A stretch of 63,246 nucleotides of DNA, the filler included, from Hyphochytrium catenoides (Eukaryota > Protista > Hyphochytriomycota), in the NCBI GenBank assembly GCA_900088475.1. It is 13 parts of 13 records of this genome, joined end to end, with 100 filler letters (N's around TTAATTAATTAA, not from the genome) between each part and the next. Parts side by side here need not be neighbours in the genome. Positions count along the whole stretch, not along the records: positions 18,706 to 29,685 come from FLMG01001799.1; positions 29,786 to 33,253 come from FLMG01002716.1; positions 33,354 to 45,535 come from FLMG01002266.1; 10 more parts are not named here. One strand, 5' to 3'. The notes under the pieces are model-generated. The model was not told the origin of the DNA. It ran no database searches and saw only the letters and a list, made by a program, of their open reading frames with translations. Of the stretch, positions 26,784-39,616 are shown piece by piece (within the stretch, counting starts at the first letter, position 1; every line of letters starts with the position of its first letter). The position numbers and the translations under genes were made by a program.

Positions 26784-28982
26784 TTTGCTGGAGTCGTTAA
26801 TGGTTGAAGAGTGTTTAATAAGAAAGGTATAGCTTTGAACGCTACGTGTCTTTGTCTGGATGAGTAAGTTGGCGAATGGACTGATCACTGAGGCTTACTA
26901 CCTCTCAAAAAGAGGATAGTGGTCACTGCAATCAGGCAGCTATGATCGCTGGAAGCTGTTGAAGGAGGTAGAGTCTGGCTCTGAAACTATGGATGGCACA
27001 GAGGGGCTTCTAGAGAGCTTGCTGCACTGATGAAACACATTGGGGATCCTCCTTTTCTCCAGTGCCTTTGTGAGACACTAAAGGCAGGCTACCGCATAAT
27101 AGGCAGCCCAGTTTCCCCGGCGGGCAAGATAGTCCGAGAAGCCGGTCCATAGGAGTCTAGTCTCGTCCTCAATAGCCTATAGGATCCTGCGTCCCGTAGC
27201 TCTCTTTTGTTCCACTGAAGTAGTTTGTTGATAAGTAGAAGAACCGTATGCAGCTGTCAGAACCAGAGAGAAAACTCAGAAGTCTTTCATTCCTACTGGC
27301 ACACCTGTTTGTCGTATTGGTGCAAGAGTACCAGCGCGAATGTAGCCGCAGGAGTACAGAGCTCGGCCGGTCGCTTCAGAGACGGGATAAGGGATCATCA
27401 TCTTAGACGCGCCTGAGTATTTTACTGTTATTTATAAGGTGAACGCAAAAGCAGCAACTGAACGAGTTTCCTTGACGAAGGAAAGGAGACCTTGTGATGG
27501 TGGATGATGGCCTGATTGGTGCTATTATATTATTGCGATGGTCTTCTGCAGTTGCTTGGCGAAGGCAGAAGGAAGGAGGGATCTTTCAGGCAAATCAGAA
27601 AAAAGATTGCTGAAGAGATAGAAGCAGTAGCAAGATGGCAGGTGAGTACCTCAGGACGATAGTGAATAAGAGTAGCTCTACTACTGAAGTTCAGTCAACG
27701 AAGGAGGTTCTCAACGAGTTATCTACTAAACTATCGCTGAACCCTTCACCCTACTCTTCGTCCTTCTCAACACTCGGCTTCCTTGCTTTCCTAGTTGAAA
27801 GCTGCAGTCCCTCGCTTCTTTTCCTGTATATCTTCCTCCATATTGCCCGTTCTCTACATCAACCTCCGAAGCTCTGGTGATACATTTATTTAGTAAGACC
27901 ATGTCTTTCTCGTAAGACCGTTTGACCTATCCTCTCTTCTTATGTTCTAGGCAAGAAAAGGCCCATCATGCGGCTACTCTCCGCCTACACCGTGGCCGCC
28001 CACCATGACTAGATAGGTACGGAGGGTTCTTTGACATTGAAAGGCTAGTCTATCCAGCTCGATCCTTCCCCAAATTATCTTCTCTATCAATAAGACATCC
28101 TTTTATAAAAGTCAGGGTTCGTCCTCTCCTTATTTATTATCATTATCAAGGTACAACTCTAGGAGCGGAGCGCCCTCCACACGAACGACCCTCATTTTTC
28201 ATAGATAAACAGTGTGGGTACAACTGGCACCGTAAAACGGTAGTGTCCTAGAACAGGAATCGCGATAGAACCGGAAGTTTTGTGGAAATGGAATAAATGT
28301 ATGGTGAAACCTTTTTACCCTAAGCTTTTGTTGTGACAGGGAAAAATTAACTCTCGTGAATGTCAGTTCACATGAAACTTTCCCCATGAGGCGGCTCCAC
28401 GATATCCCCAGGGGCTGCCAAGCCCGTCATTAAACCCTTCCATTCATTTTTCAAGTCAATGTGCACAAGAAAGTATCTCTGTAAACATTTTCCATACTTT
28501 AATCAAGTCACTTCCTGGGCTGGAACAAAATGTTAGGGTTACCGTCATGGAACTTGAGAAAGTATGCAGGCACGTCGGTACCTCGAAGAGCCTGCCGTGT
28601 ATAGTACAGAGTACTGCTCGCGGTACTACTACAGGCCGTGGCAGGTACGAGAAGATACCAAAGACACCATGAAGACGACGGAAGGAGGAAAGATCGTGGG
28701 TGCGTCACGAGAAAGAAGAGCGCCGACGGCCGACGGCCGACGATGGACGACGACGAGCGAGGAGAGAAGCTCCTCCGTCGTCCACCCTTCTTTTTCCTCC
28801 TCCTCCTCGTCTTCTCCTTACCTCTCCGCCATCGCTCCACGGCCGCACGCTAATACTAGTTCAGCCACGCACCGCGGCGCTCATCATCATAATCATCCTT
28901 TTTCTTCTTTCATGTTCTTCCTCGTCATCATGCAGTTCTTACAGCTAGCGTCATCTTCTCTTTCTCTTCTTCTAGCATCATA

Positions 28983-29685
28983 ATGTGGGCTGGGTACAAG
29001 CAGTCCATTGATCTTGTAAGAAGAATACCAGGAGCAAAGACAGAGGAGAAGAATGACGAAGAAGAATCCAATCCCTTTGCAAAATGGGTCGTCAACAACA
29101 AGGAAGCAGCAACAACAACAAGCGGTTGTCCAAGGACCTCTTTACAAGTTCTTTACTGTGCTTCCCCCCGTCACCACCATTTCTTGTCCCCCTTCAGCCC
29201 AGTCATCATCATCAGCAGCAGCTTTACTCCCTTTTCCTCATCCTTCTCCTCCTCCTCCTGCTAGCAAAACCTCCGGTGGCGTCTCCTCGTCCTCGTCAAA
29301 CAAAGAGATTATTACTGCAGTAGCAGTCGACGATGCGGCTACTATTGCCAAGGACGCTGAAAGCAGAAGCAGTAGTACCTTCTCTGCGGGAAGGACAAAG
29401 GTGTCGTCGGATTGGCGAGATGCTAACCTTCTAGAGCGAGTGTCTAAGCATAGACATGAGTCCGGGCGCTCACAGGGCTAATTAGCTGAAGCGATTGGCA
29501 TAAGCAAGCAGTGTCTCTATCAATATATGAGAAATGAGAACTCAGCTTGCAAGCCGCTTGGAATGCTTGCAGTGAAAAACATAGAACAGAGACTGCGGGT
29601 TTATTTTCGGGGAGTAGCTGCTCCCGAGCCAGCTTCGGTTCTTGTAGAGAGGCAGAGAGCAGAGGAACGTCGGCTTGCATCTCAA
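28983..29685 (+). pseudogene. Disrupted gene encoding a lambda-repressor-like (XRE/Cro/CUT-type) helix-turn-helix
   Basis: ORFs 29053-29481 and 29527- share a frame. Reading through TAA at 29479 gives LLERVSKHRHESGRSQG*LAEAIGISKQCLYQYMRNE, a typical HTH pattern (SQxxLAxxxGISxxxLxxY). Confidence 0.55.
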
Positions 29686-30269
29686 NNNNNNNNNNNNNNN
29701 NNNNNNNNNNNNNNNNNNNNNNNNNNNNNTTAATTAATTAANNNNNNNNNNNNNNNNNNNNNNNNNNNNNNNNNNNNNNNNNNNNACAATTTCGCGTTTC
29801 AGACCCTTGACCTGAAGGCCAAGGGCATGAGGTCAAAATGTGCGCTATTTTGCATGCTGGCAATGTGTATTTGCTAGCCAAAATGCTTACACAAAATGTA
29901 CACGTTTTCCCGCGGTAGACCAACAGGTTTGCAATGCTTTTGTTTGCTGATCTAGATGTTTACAGGGGTAGAGGTCGATTGAGCAAATGTGAGTGAGCAA
30001 TGCGAGCATTGACAATGTGTGGTCAGCGCAGACATGATAGCTCGGGCTTTGGGAGCACAATTTGTGCACATTTTGCCGCGGTCACCCCGATGGTTCCTAA
30101 GGCCTTGGTTTGCCGTTCTAGGTTCTAGGTGCTTATTTACAAGGTGATGTGGGGATCTTGGTGGTGTGGGTGAGCATGCCGTGCTGACTATCAATGGATG
30201 GTCCTATCACGCTAGATCATGGGCGAAGGGTAGACTGCTCGATCACGGTTATCTGACCTTGAACTCTCT

Positions 30270-31361
30270 GACCACGGCTTTTCTCATTGGGATGATTGAG
30301 CAGGTGGAGAAGTAAGCTTGATGGCCGCCGAGAATTTCGCACACAATAATACATAGCCAACTGGTCACAAAACATAGAAAAAGAACCACCATAAGTCGAC
30401 AAACAGGTACGCCGTACATAAACTCGGGAACAGTGTCAATCACCTGGAATGGGCTTGTAAAGGTTGAAACAGTAATCTGACATTTCCGGTGATAGATAGA
30501 GTATATAAGACACTTCAATATCAAGAACATTCCTTCATTTGAGCGCATTCACAACCGCTCCTTCTGAACTTTTTCAGGCTGGAGATGCAAAGACTGACCT
30601 GATTGTGCCAGTTTTCTTGAACACAGCCCGCCGCGTAATGACTGGGAAGCCGTACTTCAGCCAATCTCACTTTCCGCCTGGCCTTTCTGCTTGGCAGGGT
30701 GTTCCAGATTTTGTATCGACAGTGGCAGTTCCTTCGGCGCACAGTATAGTCAGGAAGCAGTCGTGGAGGCACGTCTACTGAAAATAAAAGATATACCAGA
30801 GGCAAGGTGATGGAGACAAACGGGCTAATAGGATGGTGCGAATCACCTGCTTCACCCATAGACCATGGCTTGTGGCAAGTAGAGAAGTAAGCTTTAAGGG
30901 GGTTCGCGATAAATCCATACAGCCAAAGGCCAACTAGTCAACATGGTCTGCAGAACACTGCAAAGTCAACAAAAAAGGTACACCATACCTGAATTCAGAA
31001 CAGGGTCAATCAGCTGGAATGGACTTGTTGTAAGGGTCAAAACAGTAATCTGACCCTTCTAATAATGTGAGAGTAGAGTATGCAGGACAATTTATATCAG
31101 GAACATTGCTTCATTTGATGAGCGCATCAACAACTTCTTCTTCTACTTTTTTTCAGTATGAAGATGCAAAGACTGACCTGATTGTGCCACTTTTCTTGGA
31201 CATAGCCCCGCCGCCGCGTATTGACTGGGAAGCCCTACTTCGGCCAATCTCACATTCCGCCTAGCTCTTCTGCTCAACAGGGGCGTTCCAGATTTTGTAC
31301 CGAGAGTGCAAGTTGCTTCAACGCACAGTATAGTCAGGAAGGCAGTCGTGGAGGCAAGTCG
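30270..31361. repeat. Ancient tandem duplication, ~510-580 bp unit x2
   Basis: Colinear blocks GAGAAGTAAGCTT, GTCAATCAxCTGGAATGG, AAACAGTAATCTGAC, AGATGCAAAGACTGACCTGATTGTGCCA, GTTCCAGATTTTGTA and CGCACAGTATAGTCAGGAAG appear in both ~30270-30780 and ~30860-31361. Confidence 0.9.
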
Positions 31362-31689
31362 GTAAGAGAAAAGACACCCCCAGAAGGAAGATAAAGAAGA
31401 GAGGTGTTGTTGCTAGGATGGTACCACGGTGACCGCCCGCTTCACCATCCTTGTGTGGCGGTGCTTAGCTCAGTATCAACCCCAGCAGGCCTGATAATCT
31501 CCTTACGAGACCAGTGCCGTCCACTTCTCCCCGCCGGAAGTTATCACCTGTAAAGTGACGCTGACCCAGGTGCTTCTCTCTCTATATACTCACTTTGAGA
31601 GGAGTTGGTAGATGCTTTGTTTGGTTCGGACTGCTGGTACAGAAGAGGCTGGCAAGGCCAGCAGGTGCGTGGGCAAGAGGACAGCCTGT

Positions 31690-33100
31690 TGTGGTGGTTG
31701 ACGAAGAGGCTAATTACGCTAGCTCGGGATCACTCACTCATATCATACAAAGCTTAAAAGCTATTCATGACCAGGAGACCCATTTTTTGCTTCGAGACGA
31801 GCTTATTGAGCATCTTTGGCGTTATAAGGGCAACGAAAAAGTGAGTCAGGCCCACCAGAATAATAATAGACAGAAGAGAAGACGGCTCTGACGACTATTG
31901 CTTTTATTGATGAAAATAAAAAGACATTATTCCACGGCTCCTTACTTTAATGCGCTCTGGTTGTGGTCTGATGTTCTTCGGTGTCGATCAACAAGCTCCG
32001 TTGTGGACAGACTCCTCAAGCTCTTTGAGAACGGCCTGCCGCCTTAGGTCAAAAAACCTCCTCGACTCTGGTGGGATCTGGTCGTCTCTTATGGTAAACA
32101 GCTGTAACGCGAAGTGGTCTTCAATAGCCTTTACTTTCTTACGAGCTGACTCTGCAATGTCCTGCGTAAGGAGAAGGTACTTTGAATTAAAGTTGTCAGC
32201 CTTCTTCTCAGCCTTTGCCTTCTTGACACCAACAGGTCGCTTACTGCCACTGATGACGTCCTTTGGTACCGTGGAAGAAGGAAGCTTTGCGTTCGTCTGC
32301 ACTTTGCTTGTGACCCGTCATCAAATTGATGGATCTCCTCCTCATCATCAAAGCCTGCTCGAGATTCGCTACCTGAATCTCCTCCTCCAGCACTAGGACC
32401 TTTGTTGCTCCTCCTCGCGATATTCTCCTTATTTGCGTCGGCACTTGTTGATTTCCTCTTCTTTGAAGCTGAGTGGTGGTAAGAGGCCCACTTGGGAGCA
32501 TTTCTTAGAATGTACCAGCAATGAATGAATAAGAAACGTTGGCCTTTTGGGTGGGTTTCTTTGTAGAGCTTTAAAGCGTCATTCACGATATCGTCTTCAG
32601 TCTTGCCACTCTCGTTAAGCGCTGTCATCTTTGCATGATCTCCAGCGAACTTCGAAACGTCGTGCTGGATAATTCCCCATCGCAGTTGCAGAGCTTTCTC
32701 TAGCCTGTCACAGACGAAATCGTCGGCATGTAAATGCTCATTGAAATGAGTTCAAATCCGAGCCCAGAAAGCTGGGCCTTTCTGCGAGTTGCCTGTGATC
32801 GGGTCCTGAGACACATTCAGCCAAGAGCGGCAGAGTTGCTCGTCTTCTGCTGCAGTCCAGCTCTTTCCCTTACCCATTTTCGCCCTAAAAAAACAGCTAG
32901 TTCGGCAGATGATGACCGCAGAGGCAGATGGAGAAGCGAGGCTCCGGCGGTGTCATGAGCTATTATCTATCGTGCGCTTCCTCCTCCTTCTTCTTGTCGC
33001 CACCTACCGCCGCCGCCCGCCGCGGCGCGCCAACAAGAAGAGTTTCAAAAAAACGAGAAGAAAGTGGGAGCGAACGAGTCAAGTATTACTGTGTGCGTGA
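31690..33100. mobile_element. Decayed, internally deleted PIF/Harbinger transposon (transposase C-terminal remnant + convergent Myb/SANT gene)
   Basis: The + strand remnant IHDQETHFLLRDELIEHLWRYKG aligns with IEDQAEHYRLRELLIDHLWEVHG of the transposase at 48015. The tail-to-tail arrangement with a Myb/SANT ORF is the same. TIRs not located. Confidence 0.85.
31988..32877 (-). pseudogene. Harbinger Myb/SANT-like (NAM-associated) DNA-binding protein, pseudogenised
   Basis: MGKGKSWTAAEDEQLCRSWLNVSQDPITGNSQKGPAFWARI*...RWGIIQHDVSKF...FLFIHCWYILRNAPKW...RPVGVKKAK. In-frame TGA at 32752-32754 and a frameshift near 32300. Confidence 0.88.
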
Positions 33101-33353
33101 TTGAATGCTACAGACCTTCCCGCGTACTATATTAGCAAAATCAGATGAAACTGCAACAAATAGTGTTTTTTGTAGTTATTTTGGCGTACAGCCATCAGTT
33201 TTGATATAATTTAAAGGGTCAGAGCAACTGCACCGGGGCACTGTAAACGAAACNNNNNNNNNNNNNNNNNNNNNNNNNNNNNNNNNNNNNNNNNNNNTTA
33301 ATTAATTAANNNNNNNNNNNNNNNNNNNNNNNNNNNNNNNNNNNNNNNNNNNN

Positions 33354-34180
33354 GACCTGCAGCCAATCCAATGAAGAGGCAGGTCAGTAGGTGTGATGTG
33401 AAGCTGCTGGAAACCGAAGAGGAAGAGAGGCAACCCACTCTTGTGGAGAACGTAAAGGGGAGACAGAAGTCGAGAGAGGCTGAGGCATGGACGGGAAAAG
33501 CGTCGTGAAGGACACAAGAGTGCCGTGGAAAGAGAAAGCGAGGGGCAGACAGAAAAAGAGAGACAGCGAGAAAGCGAGAGACACCGAGCGAGAGACACCG
33601 AGCGAGAGACACCGAGCGAGAGACACCGAGGGAGAGGAGGGACAGAATAAGAGAGAACACCAAGAGAAACAGGGAGAGAAAAGAGGGAGGCCGGTATATG
33701 AGCGAGGCTATGTGAGTACTTGCCAGCTCATAGTTGGAAACAGTGAGGTAATGAGAGTGCCCGCTCTGCTATCCCCAGACCTGCCAGCCGCGGCGAAAGA
33801 GCTCAAGATAGCTAGCGGGATCTATGAGAGTCTCTCTCAGCAGATTCTTCCCTCTCTCTCGCCCTCTCTTTCGCCCTCTTCCTCTCCTAAGAAGCAAGGC
33901 GAAGGGGAGATGCTGCGACCTCCTGAACTCCACGTCTCGACCTGTAGCGCCCTAGCTTCATATTGCAGTGCATATGTATGTGGCGGCTTCCCTTCACGAT
34001 TACTTCTCTGTTCAATTCTCTTCCTCTCCCTTCGCTCTCTCAATGGTCTCTTTCGTTAGTTGTTTGGCTCGGGCGGATCTTCCCGGCGCCGCTTACTTAG
34101 CTTAAGGTGAAATCCTCACACCGTTACTAAGTACACTTCCTGATTGCTCCTCTTTTCTATCTTTCGCCCTTTTCTTTCTT

Positions 34181-34215
<35 letters not shown>

Positions 34216-37200
34216 CTATTTATCTATCTATCTATCTCTCTCTCTGTCTCTCTCTCTCTTTTTTTCTTCTTTTTCCTCGTTCCCGTCAACCTCCCGCCCT
34301 ACTCTCCCTATCTCCATCGGTGCCATCTCCTGCTCTCCCTCCTGCTCCCAAACCTCGTAGGCCCAGCAGATGGCTTTGGTGAAGGGTCTTACAAGCGTCT
34401 CCATGACAAAATTCCTCAAGGCAAAGCTCCATCTTGGAGCCGCCAATCTCTTCCAGACCGCCGATGACATATTCAGGAGAGAGGTGGTGAGGCCGATACC
34501 TCTCCGTTGTCAGTGTTTATGTCCTAAGTACCAGGGACTCATTCCTCTTCCTCACCCCACAGACGGTGATATGTCCTTCAGCCTTGCTTTCTTTCTCTTT
34601 GGATCGCTCTGAGTCTTTTTCTCTCTCTGTCCCACTGGGCCTTCTCATCATTTGCTCCGTTAAGTTCTCGGTCGAGTGCTACAATGTCTCTTAGGCTACT
34701 CTTCAATGCCCTTCATCGTCGTATCTCTCTTCTCCTTTTCTGCAACGTATGTTTGCCTCGGTCTAGGTGTCTGGAGCCAGAGATCTTGCCCAAGGCATCC
34801 CTTCTAGCTCAGCAGTCCTTGCTAAGCTTCATCGAGGCGTAGGGTAAGGCTTTCTCCTCTCTCCCGTAGCTCCCTTTCTTCCTTTTTCTCTATCTCCTTC
34901 TGCTTTCCACTCTTCTCGCGTTAGCCCAGCGCGACCTACGTCAGTGTCCTGCTGTTCTCTCTTTTGCGTTACATCATTAGCCTCAGTCACTGAGCTCTTC
35001 CTCCCTTCATGTTGGGCCTTTGCGTCAGCTCCAGTCTCGGAGAGTTACAGCCTCCATTTTCTCTTTCTCCCTCTGCGTTGCTCGCCGGATGACACTCAAG
35101 CGGAGGGGTTGCGCTTGCTATTTCTCACTGTGAATATTATTCTACATTTGAATCTTCTCTCTCCTTTAGATGTCTCTCTCTCCCTCTGTCTTGCCGCTCA
35201 CAATGCCCTTTCCATAGGATTCGTTACATCGCTGAAGCCGAAAAGGAGAAAGGAGAACATGGAAGTGCTCTCACCCGCCTTCGTCTCTCGTTGCTGCAGC
35301 TAAGGACAAGAGACAGCGTGGGAGGGGAAGGTCTTCCTCTTCTCTCTCATTGGACACAGCATCTGGGGGAATATATAGCGAGGACAATGCGAACACTGAC
35401 TGGTATGGAAGAGATCTGGGCCAAGGTTCGTCTACTGAAAGCGTAGTATTGCTGTGAGGCTGGCGAAGAAGTTCCAAAAGGAGAATCAGGGCTAAGAGGA
35501 GAGAAAAGAGGAGAAAGGAGAGACAGAATTAGAAGACGGTGGCACATAAAGTAACAAGAAAAGTTTGAGGAAGGAGGAGCCACAAGGAGGGATAACCATG
35601 GGGCCAGCGGAGTTGAGAGGAAGAGCCTAACAATGGGACGGGAGCACCTAGAGCTGGCACACCCCGTCACACAGCTCTCCCGTCTTACAAGCTCTCCTCC
35701 AATGGTTCGCATTGGCACTCTGCCTTGAGGATACCGTTTCTGTTTCTCCCTCGCTCCTCATTCTTCAACTTTGCCCTCTCTCATCCTACCTCTCATTTCC
35801 CCCTCGCTGTCTCCCTCTTCCTGCGACAGGATAACTCGACCATATACTTCGTCACTGACGTCCCTCAGGCAGACCTACAGCCGCTTCCAGAGCCTCAATA
35901 CCTGGCTTCGCCCATCCCTTATGAGCGGCCCTCTCTCCCTCTCAACCTCCCAAACTTCACCCTCGTGGTATGGGTACAGTCTCTGCCTTCTCTCTCCTTC
36001 TAGTTCACTCTGTCCTGCATCTCTATACACTTTCTTCGTGCTGGCTGTCCCTATCAAGGTCTATTCTCACTTTTTTCTAAGCCTTTCATAGCAGAATAGA
36101 ATTGTTTCTCTTGTTTTCCCCATTCCATCAGCACATAGGACTTCTTCCTCTTGGTCCCTGTCTCCTCTGACGCTCCTCGAGCTTTGTTCCGTGTTTCCGC
36201 ATGTTTCACATTCTCTCCTCTACTTGTTGGTCTAAGCCATTAGAGCCCACGAAGCAGGAGACATCCCAGAGCATCTCTCCCGCCCTGATGGACCTTCGAA
36301 AGAAGTTCGTTCAGGGCATCAGCGTCACAAAGTATCAGACAAACGGACAGGTAGAGATGACGATCTATGCTTGCCATGTAGCTCTCTTTCCTTGTCTCTC
36401 TTCTTTCAACTCTCCATCGTTAAGCCACTCCATCGCCCTCTGAGCCACATGAACGTAGTTTTCGTTAGCTGGCGTTAGCCCATTCCGCTCGCTACATCGT
36501 GGTTTCCTCCTTATGGAATGCACCTGCTGCTCTCGTTCGAGCTCACCCTCGCACTCGCTTTGCGTCACTCCAGTCTTGACTCTTTCTCTTTTTATCTCTG
36601 TCTCTCTCTGGCACTATTTCTCTCTGTATTGTTCCTTACTCATTAGACATCGCCGATCCCACTCTGAGTCTCTTCTTTTCTCCTCCTTCAACAGTCAGCG
36701 ACCAGAATACTTTGGTTTGATGATCAGGCCTGGCAGATCTGCCTCGATAAACAGAGATCCAATAACCCGTGAGTCCAGCGTTGTAGCGCATTAGTTAGGG
36801 AAAAGGACAGGAAGGGACTAGGAGTGAGAGAGAAGAGTAAGAGAACCAGATTAACATAGAGGGAGAGGAACGAAAGAAGTGCGAAAGATGCGACGGGGAG
36901 ATACACGAGCTCAGCTAAGGAATGAGTTGTGGCCCCCTTTTTCTGTCTCTGTTGTCTCTCGTCAGGCTGACGGTGAAGGGCTTCGGGCTGACAGAGATCA
37001 AAGAGGTCAAGATCGGGATCGCAACAGAGACTCTCAAAAGAAGGGAAGCCGAGCTAACGTCAAAGGTCATATCTGTCTATTCATCTTTTCGATCTGCCTA
37101 GTCGTGTCCCTCTTACACGGGGCCTTTCACGGTGCCTTTCTCCCGCCTCGCATCTCACAGAAGGACCAGATCCTGTCCATATGCGGGCCCACTAGGAGTT

Positions 37201-37289
37201 TCGATGTCTCGCTCTCGTCCAGGGAGGAATGTGCTGCTTTGGCAGAGGAAATACAGCGGCTGGTTAGCCAGGCCAAAGCTCGACAGTAG
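33354..37289 (+). CDS. BRO1-domain protein with C-terminal PH domain; multi-exon, 5' end off contig
   Basis: BRO1-like part: AAKELKIASGIYESL...RPPEL...CSAY|AQQMALVKG...LKAKLHLGAANLF...GEHGSALTRLR...|DNSTIYF..VP...LP. PH part: QGISVTKYQTNGQ|SATRILWFD...FGLTEIKEVKIGIATETLKR...ILSICGPTRSFDVSLSSREECAALAEEIQRL*. Junctions are GT-AG. Confidence 0.72.
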
Positions 37290-38399
37290 GATCTCGAGCT
37301 TCCGCCAGCGCTACTGGCTTCTGGCTCCTAATAGGATTAGCACGGTTAAAAGAAGACAGTCAGTGACTCGATCCCTACTCTCCTCATAACCTAGAGTCTA
37401 TGATTGCTGTCATTCGACTATACACGATGTCTCACTCCGTTGGCTGTCAAGTACCGGTCCATCTTCTTCCCATTTTAGCCTTAAGGGGCGTTGTCTGAAG
37501 CCTTTTGAACTTTGAGCGGTCTCCAAAGATCTGAAGTCTTTAAGCTGGAGAGTGCAGAGAGCTGCAGACTTGCTTCACTAAGATTTTCTGTTTATTGCTC
37601 GGAAAGGTTGAAGATGAACATGCTTCTTGACGGTTTGTCGACATTGAACTGCTAGATGAAGAAAGGCAAAGAGGTGAAGGGTGGAGCAAAGAAACGCTAC
37701 AGAAAGGAGAAGAAGAAGCCATAGAGCCCTAGTCACTCGCTGACCCGAAGAAAAGAATGCAAACGCTGAGGACGAACACGCTTCAGAATCTGAAGCTAGG
37801 AGCAGAAGGGACCGTGAAGAGACAAGAGGTTAAGAAGGCTTGGACTCTTTGCAATTCAATCTTTCCCCTTTAGCATAATTATTAGAGAAGGGAAGAGTCA
37901 ATATTCTATTCCTTCAACAATAACAAAAGAGAAGGAGAACGAAAGGAAGAAAGCACCCAGACCACAATCCTTCAAGAGAAGGGTCTTCAAGCATTAAAAG
38001 CGCATCATCTTCATGAATGACCAGGAAACGACGCGGAATGCGTAAGAGCCATAGAGAGACGAGGGTCCAAGTCCCGTCCTCTGAAGTGTCAAGTTAAATT
38101 AAGAGTGATCACAATGACGCTTTACTAGCCGTTAGTCACATAGCGTGCCTCCAGGCACAACATCCCCAAAGACTGGCTAACGGAACCAACTGCAGCCTTA
38201 GATCCCAGCCCCAAAGCGTGCTTATACTTCCTGATCTTGAGACTTCCTGGATACGCGGCGCTGCGGCACCGAACGCTGCGGCACTGAACCCTGCGGCACT
38301 GGGCGGTGAGGCTGCGTTGTCGGCCTGCAGCGTAAAAGTAAGAAGGAAGCGCGAGCAATGATGCCTGCGCGCGGCTCTGGCATGATGTAGCCATGGTTT

Positions 38400-39616
38400 T
38401 CGCTATGATCCTTTTAATTCGGTGGTTGAGAAATGTCTTCGGATATCGAAGTACTTTCTGGGATGCGCGTAGCTCCTGGAATCTTTAGACTCTTTTCAGA
38501 TTCAACATCGGTTGAAGCCATGGCCTTTCCAAGCGATGCTCTTGGGTGGTGATGGTTGAGAAAGTACTTCAATATCCGAAGACATTTCTCACCACCGAAT
38601 TGAAAGGATCATAACGAAGAATATCTTTCACAAGCAGATGCATCGTGTGCGCTAAGCAAGGGAGAGTAATGAGGGTAGGGAAGTCTTGCTTTAGCAGCCT
38701 CCACGCTTTCCTCATGGAAGCAGCATTATCAGTCACAATAGCAGCAACACCTCTGTGTCGAGGATCCGCAAAGTCAACAACTCCTCCAAGTGTAGAGATT
38801 GCTTCTCTGATAACAGAAGCCATGTATTCTCCAGTGTGTGCGTTGTCCTTAGTCTCTACGGCCTTGTAAATATTGGAGTCGGCGTAGCAACCATGATGTT
38901 GACGATTGGATCCTTCTTGATGTTCGTCCAGCCATCACAGGTGATGGTAAAGGACCCAGCCGGACTCGTCTTCAGATACTGGTCGTAATCTCGCGAATCC
39001 TTTCGTGCTCCTCATCAAGCAATCGATTTGCTAGAACATACCTGGATGGCACTTCGTAGGCCGGACACATACCTTTTTCAACTCTTTCCATTCTTCTGTG
39101 CAGAAAGATGACAAGGGTAGACCACTGGAGTAAACAACAGTAGCAAAGAGAGCGTCCAGCTTTCTTTTGTCTTCCTGAGAAAGAACTTGAACTCTACCAC
39201 CGTGCATAGACATCGCTGTGTGTAAGGTCTCTGCAGTAGCCCTAGAGGATTCTCTACCATGGAGTCCTGGTGAGTGCCGCTCGCTTGATGTCTCATCTAA
39301 CCCTTCCTGTCGTAGCCGACGCCCTCCCACAACCCCTCGATTGAGAATAGAAGAGTCTCTTGGCATGCCTGCTGCTTCGTCAGACATCGAAGGCGGACCA
39401 GTGGAAGAGGTCCCGGTGGTCCCTGCAGCCAACCTTGCAACTGCATCTGTTTGAACTTGGCGATGGTGCCTTGTCACAGGCTTTGGCAAGGTGCAGTAGC
39501 ATCCCATCAGTTTCGCCACCCTTGTAGACCATTCGACAATAGTTACAAGTGCCATTGCGGGAGCCTGGTTCGTTGACGGTGAAATGTGTCCACACCCAAC
39601 CCTTCGCTCGCACCAT
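38400..39616 (-). mobile_element. Decayed hAT-superfamily transposase (BED finger + DUF659/RNase H-like core), frameshifted and 3'-truncated
   Basis: BED finger WVWTHF...CNYC...LLHLAKAC. Core motifs TITCDGWTNI, AIVTDNAASMRKAW and PCLAHTMHLLVKDI are spread over several frames. Confidence 0.9.

Noticed and set aside
29479-29481. TAA reassigned to Gln (non-standard genetic code)
   Set aside because: Cyclophilin, TGDS and the Harbinger transposase end properly at TAA, and conserved genes show no in-frame TAA or TAG.
33220-33253. AGAGCAACTGCA... as the start of another Harbinger/Tourist TIR
   Set aside because: It is only ~30 bp before the contig end, with no partner TIR or TSD to confirm it.
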